Source: Thermoanaerobaculia bacterium (lineage in GTDB: Bacteria > Acidobacteriota > Thermoanaerobaculia > Multivoradales > Multivoraceae). Taken from it: DNA of 64,000 bases. Each line of letters starts with the position of its first letter. The first letter of the stretch is position 1. Both the position numbers and the translations under genes were made by a program. Under the pieces are notes generated by a model, which made no database searches, was not told the origin of the DNA, and saw nothing but the letters and a program-made list of their open reading frames with translations. Of the stretch, positions 59,979 through 64,000 are shown one piece after another. The DNA lies in NCBI GenBank assembly GCA_963666565.1, contig OY762911.1, positions 2,720,001-2,784,000 on the forward strand, given 5' to 3'.

Positions 59979-61031
59979 ATGTCGCGTCGGAGCATCGGGC
60001 CCGGGGTCGTCGCGGCGCTTGCCGCTGCGACCCTCGTTCTGGGCTGCGCCGCCGGCCAGCCGCCCGGCGAGGCCGAAGCGGGGCCGCCGGCCGAACTCCG
60101 GGCCTCGGTCGACCGCGCCGTCGCCACCACGGGCGACCTGATCGTCTACACCGTGGAAGTCGAGCGCCACCCGGAGGTGGAAGTGGCGCTGAACGAGCCG
60201 GGCACCGACATCGCCGGCTTCCGCATCGTCGATCTCGGCCGGGCGCCCGCCGAGACCCTGCCTTCCGGCCGGATCCTCGAACGGCGCTGGTACGAGCTCC
60301 GGGCCGACCTCGTCGGCGCCTACGTCCTGCCGTCGCCGACGGCGACGTACGCCGGGCCGTCCGGCGACGGCGGCGACCTGGAGGCGGCGGAGATCTCCGT
60401 CGAGGTCGAGTCCGTTCTGCCGGGCGACGGCAGCGAAGCGACGGACATTCGCGACATCAAGCCGCTCCGCCGACTCGACGCCGCCGCGTCGTGGCTGCTG
60501 TGGACGGGCCTGGCGCTGGCCGTCGCGCTCGTGGCGCTGGCGGCGTGGTGGTGGCGGCGCCGTCGCCGGCAGGATGGCGGCGCGCCGGAAGCGCCGCAGA
60601 TCCCGCCCTGGGACCTGGCGATCCGGGAGCTGGAGCGGTTGCGCCGCACGGATTTCTCCAACCTGCGGGAGCTCCGGCGCTACTACTTCGCCGTGTCGTC
60701 CGTGGTCAGGGCCTACGTCGAGGGCCGCTTCGGGCTGAACGCGACCGACCTGACGACGGAGGAGATCCTGGGCCGTCTGGGAGAGGTGGCGCGGCTCGAG
60801 CCGCCGCAGGCGAAGCGTCTGCAGCGGTTCCTCGTCGCTACCGACCGGGTCAAGTTCGCGGCCCACCTGCCGGCTTCCGAGGAGATCGAACGCACGTACG
60901 AGCAGGCCCTGGGCTTCGTCGAGGCGACCCGGCCCCGGGATGACGCGGAGGACGCGGAAGGAGAAGGCGAGAACGCGGAAGGCGGCGACGGTCCGGCGGC
61001 CGCCGCCGGCCGGACGGGGAAGGCGGCATGA
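59979..61031 (+). CDS. Bat-operon membrane protein (DUF4381-like)
   Basis: Ig-like N-terminus, DIRDIKP plus TM helix, TTEEI, DRVKFA; position in the operon. Confidence 0.75.
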   Translation: MSRRSIGPGVVAALAAATLVLGCAAGQPPGEAEAGPPAELRASVDRAVATTGDLIVYTVEVERHPEVEVALNEPGTDIAGFRIVDLGRAPAETLPSGRILERRWYELRADLVGAYVLPSPTATYAGPSGDGGDLEAAEISVEVESVLPGDGSEATDIRDIKPLRRLDAAASWLLWTGLALAVALVALAAWWWRRRRRQDGGAPEAPQIPPWDLAIRELERLRRTDFSNLRELRRYYFAVSSVVRAYVEGRFGLNATDLTTEEILGRLGEVARLEPPQAKRLQRFLVATDRVKFAAHLPASEEIERTYEQALGFVEATRPRDDAEDAEGEGENAEGGDGPAAAAGRTGKAA

Positions 61032-62104
61032 CGGAACAGCTCGTCTTCGCCGACGCGCGCTGGCTCTGGGCGCTGCTGCCGCTGTACGCGGTCTGGGCGC
61101 TCCTGTGGTGGCTGGGGCCGCGCCTGCGCCGGTTCGTCACGGCGCGGCGGGGCGCCCGCGACGAGCGGGCCGGCGGCGACGCGGCGGCGGTGGCCTACTC
61201 CTCGCTCGCCCATGTCTTGCGGACCCCGCGCTCCGGCGCGCTGACGGCGCGGCGGGTGATCTCGGCCCTGCGGCTCGTCGTCGTCGCCCTCGTCCTGCTC
61301 GCCGCGATGCGGCCGCAGACCGGGCGCGCGTTGACCGAGGTGACCACCGAAGGCATCGACATCGTGCTCGTGATCGACACGTCCGGCTCGATGCGCGCGC
61401 TCGACCTGGACGCGCACGAGCGCTCGCTGAGCCGGCGGCGGGACCGGCTGGAGGTTGCGAAGGGCGTCGTCGAGACGTTCATCGCCGCCCGGCCCAACGA
61501 TCGCATCGGCCTGGTCGTGTTCGGCGAGGAGGCCTTCACCCAGTGTCCGCTGACGCTCGATCACGGGGTCGCGGCCACCTTCCTCGATCAACTGGAGATC
61601 GGCATGGCGGGCGATGCCACGGCGATCGGATCGGCGGTCGGCGTCGCCGCCAAGCGCCTGAAGGACTCGGACGCCGAGTCGAAGGTGGCGATCCTGCTGA
61701 CGGACGGCCGGAGCAACGCCGGCGCCCTCTCGCCGTTGCGCGCGGCGGAAGCGGCGGCGGCGCTGGGGGTCAGGCTCTACGCGATCGGCGTCGGCACGCG
61801 GGGCCAGGCGCCCTTCGTGGTGGAGTCCGCGTTCGGTCCGCGCGTCGTCTACCAGGACGTGGAGATCGACGAGGAGGCGCTGCGCCGGATGGCGGACGTC
61901 ACGGGCGGCGCCTACTACCGCGCCGAGGACGAGGCGGGCCTGGAGCAGATCTACGAGCGGATCGACGAGCTCGAGAAGACGGAGATCAGCCAGGAGTCCT
62001 ACATGGAGTACGAGGAGCGGTTCGCCTGGCTGGTGGCGCCGGCCGTGTTGCTGCTGCTGCTCGAGGTCGTGCTGCTCGATACCCGCCTGAGGAAGCTGCC
62101 GTGA
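61028..62104 (+). CDS. batA: BatA-like VWA membrane protein
   Basis: EGIDIVLVIDTSGSM, DRIGLVVF, QCPLTLDH, TAIGSA, LLTDG. Confidence 0.88.
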   Translation: MTEQLVFADARWLWALLPLYAVWALLWWLGPRLRRFVTARRGARDERAGGDAAAVAYSSLAHVLRTPRSGALTARRVISALRLVVVALVLLAAMRPQTGRALTEVTTEGIDIVLVIDTSGSMRALDLDAHERSLSRRRDRLEVAKGVVETFIAARPNDRIGLVVFGEEAFTQCPLTLDHGVAATFLDQLEIGMAGDATAIGSAVGVAAKRLKDSDAESKVAILLTDGRSNAGALSPLRAAEAAAALGVRLYAIGVGTRGQAPFVVESAFGPRVVYQDVEIDEEALRRMADVTGGAYYRAEDEAGLEQIYERIDELEKTEISQESYMEYEERFAWLVAPAVLLLLLEVVLLDTRLRKLP

Positions 62105-63270
62105 CCGGCTGGCACGCACGCCGGGACGACGGGTCGGGCGGCGCCGGCCCGCGCCGCCGCCGGGAAGTGCTGGCGCTGGTGCCGGTCCTGCTGTTCGTCG
62201 CCGGCTGCGAGGTACGCACGGGCCGGCCGGACGCGCTCTGGCTGCTGTGGCTCGGCCCGGCGCTGCTGCTGTTCTACGTCTACGCCTTTCGCGCCCGCGC
62301 GCGCCTGCTGGGCCGCTTCGCCTCCCGCGAGATGCTGCCGGGGCTGACCGCCGGCGTCAGCCGGCCGAGACGGCGGCTGAAGGCGTTCCTCGTGCTGGTC
62401 GCGGTGCTGGCGCTGGTCGCTTCGCTCGCCCAGCCGCGTTGGGGCTTCGTGTGGGAGGAGATCCACCGCGAGGGCGTCGACATCGTCGTCGCTCTCGACG
62501 TCTCGGACTCCATGCTCGTCCGCGACGCGGAGGCGGGCGGCGAACTGAGCCGTCTCGAACGGGCCAGACGCGAAATCGCCGACCTGCTGCAGCGGCTGGA
62601 GGGCGACCGAATCGCCCTGGTCGCCTTCGCCGGCAGCGCTTTCCTGGAACTGCCCCTGACCCTGGACTACTCGGCCGCTGCGCTGTTTCTGGAGGCGATG
62701 GCGCCGGACCTGATCCCGGTCAAGGGCACGGCGATCGGAGAGGCGCTCCGCGTCTCGCTCGAGGCGTTCGACCGGGTGGCCCGGACGGGATCGCGCAAGT
62801 CGCGGGCGATCATCCTGATTACCGACGGCGAGGATCACCTGGGCGAGGCGCAGGAGGCCGCCGAGGCCGCGGCCGAGGCGGGGGTGCGCATCTTTGCGAT
62901 CGGCATCGGACGGGACGAGGGCGCGCCCATTCCCAGGGAGGGAGGCGGCTTCCGCACCGACCGTCGGGGCGAGATCGTCCTGAGCCGGCTCGACGAAGCG
63001 GCGTTGCAGCGGATCGCCCTGACCTCGGGCGGCCGTTACGTCCGCTCGGTCACCGGCGACGTGGACCTCGAGCAGATCTACGCCCAGGGCATCAAGGCGC
63101 AGTTGGAGGACCAGGAGCTGGGCTCGAGCCGCCAGCAGCGCTGGGAGGAGCGGTTCCAGTGGCTGCTGGTCGTGGCGCTCGCGGCGCTGATGCTGGAGCC
63201 GCTGATCGGCGAGCGCCTGGGCCGCCGTGGCCCCGGCCGGGAGGGAAGGGACCATGCCGCGGCCGCGTGA
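62101..63270 (+). CDS. batB: BatB-like VWA membrane protein
   Basis: LAQPRWG, ALDVSDSM, DRIALVAFAG, PLTLDY, LITDGEDH, ERFQW. Confidence 0.88.
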   Translation: MTGWHARRDDGSGGAGPRRRREVLALVPVLLFVAGCEVRTGRPDALWLLWLGPALLLFYVYAFRARARLLGRFASREMLPGLTAGVSRPRRRLKAFLVLVAVLALVASLAQPRWGFVWEEIHREGVDIVVALDVSDSMLVRDAEAGGELSRLERARREIADLLQRLEGDRIALVAFAGSAFLELPLTLDYSAAALFLEAMAPDLIPVKGTAIGEALRVSLEAFDRVARTGSRKSRAIILITDGEDHLGEAQEAAEAAAEAGVRIFAIGIGRDEGAPIPREGGGFRTDRRGEIVLSRLDEAALQRIALTSGGRYVRSVTGDVDLEQIYAQGIKAQLEDQELGSSRQQRWEERFQWLLVVALAALMLEPLIGERLGRRGPGREGRDHAAAA

Positions 63271-64000
63271 GGCGGCGAGTCGGCGTCGGCGCCGGGGCCC
63301 TGGCGCAGCCTGGCTGCCGGGACTTGGGTTGCTCCTCCTTCCGGTTGCCGTTGCGTCGCAGGCGCCGGAGGAGGCGCCGCCTCCTGGCTCCGCGAACGGC
63401 GAGGCGGATGCCGGCCAGAGAGCCGGCGCACCGACAGGCGAGGCGGAAACTCCGGAGAGTCCCCCGGTCGAGTACTCGTCCCCCTACGCCGCCTGGGACG
63501 CCGGCGCCTACGACCAGGCCCTGCGGGGATTCGCGGACCGGCAGACCCGGCGGCCGGACGACCCGGAACTGAACCTGAACGTCGGCGCGGCCCACTACAA
63601 GCTGGAGGACTTCGAGGCGGCGGCCGGCGAGTTCTACCGGGCGGCGGCGATCGGCGACGACGAGCTGCGCGCCCAGGCGCTCTACAACCTGGGGAACAGC
63701 GCCTACCGTCAGGGCAAGCTGAAAGACGCAGTCGACTTCTACAGGTCGTCCCTCGAGGCGAACCCCGACGATCTCGACGCGAAGTTCAACCTGGAGTTCG
63801 TGCGGGAGGAGATGACGCAGCGCCAGCAGCAGAACCAGGGCGGCCAGGACCAGGAGCAGAACCAGGACCAGCAGCAGGACCAGGGCCAGGAACAGGGAGA
63901 GAGCGGGCAGCAGCAGGACGATGCCGATCGGGGGCAGGCAGAGCAGCCCTCCGACGAGCAGCAGGAGCAGGGCGACCAGGGCCGGGACGAACAGCCGCAA
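63254..64000 (+). CDS. batC: BatC-like TPR protein (3' end outside the window)
   Basis: Translated from ATG 63254 (absent from the ORF track): NVGAAHYK, ALYNLGNSAYRQG, PDDLDAKFNLE, then a Q/E-rich tract. Confidence 0.82.
   Translation, partial: MPRPREAASRRRRRGPGAAWLPGLGLLLLPVAVASQAPEEAPPPGSANGEADAGQRAGAPTGEAETPESPPVEYSSPYAAWDAGAYDQALRGFADRQTRRPDDPELNLNVGAAHYKLEDFEAAAGEFYRAAAIGDDELRAQALYNLGNSAYRQGKLKDAVDFYRSSLEANPDDLDAKFNLEFVREEMTQRQQQNQGGQDQEQNQDQQQDQGQEQGESGQQQDDADRGQAEQPSDEQQEQGDQGRDEQPQ

Overview
Very GC-rich bacterial chromosomal window. It is probably from an Acidobacteriota genome; this is an inference from the Oar-like TonB receptor, the acidobacterial VWA protein and a Cys-containing C-terminal module typical of Thermoanaerobaculia-like genomes. 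It holds about 47 genes: two MoxR/VWA loci (an unusual RavA-like AAA plus AAA-VWA fusion pair at the left end and a bat-type operon at the right end), a haloalkane dehalogenase, a Tat-exported PaoABC-like molybdoenzyme with a cytochrome b, a long ICL2-type isocitrate lyase, fabI, rnd, efp-epmA, lepA, hemW, ddl, and metB under a SAM-I riboswitch. Three genes are frameshifted. I saw no tRNA, rRNA, CRISPR array or transposase. The most notable unexplained signal is non-coding. (1) Three diverged copies of a ~180-250 nt structured intergenic element (about 23.8, 45.5 and 51.0 kb) share a conserved core closed by 27-36 bp stems of different sequence, with G.U pairs that all point to the same strand. 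(2) Six copies of a ~45 bp REP-like double hairpin occur, two of which form 47-bp inverted repeats bracketing hemW and a nucleotidyltransferase gene pair. All alignments were done by eye; no database searches were run.
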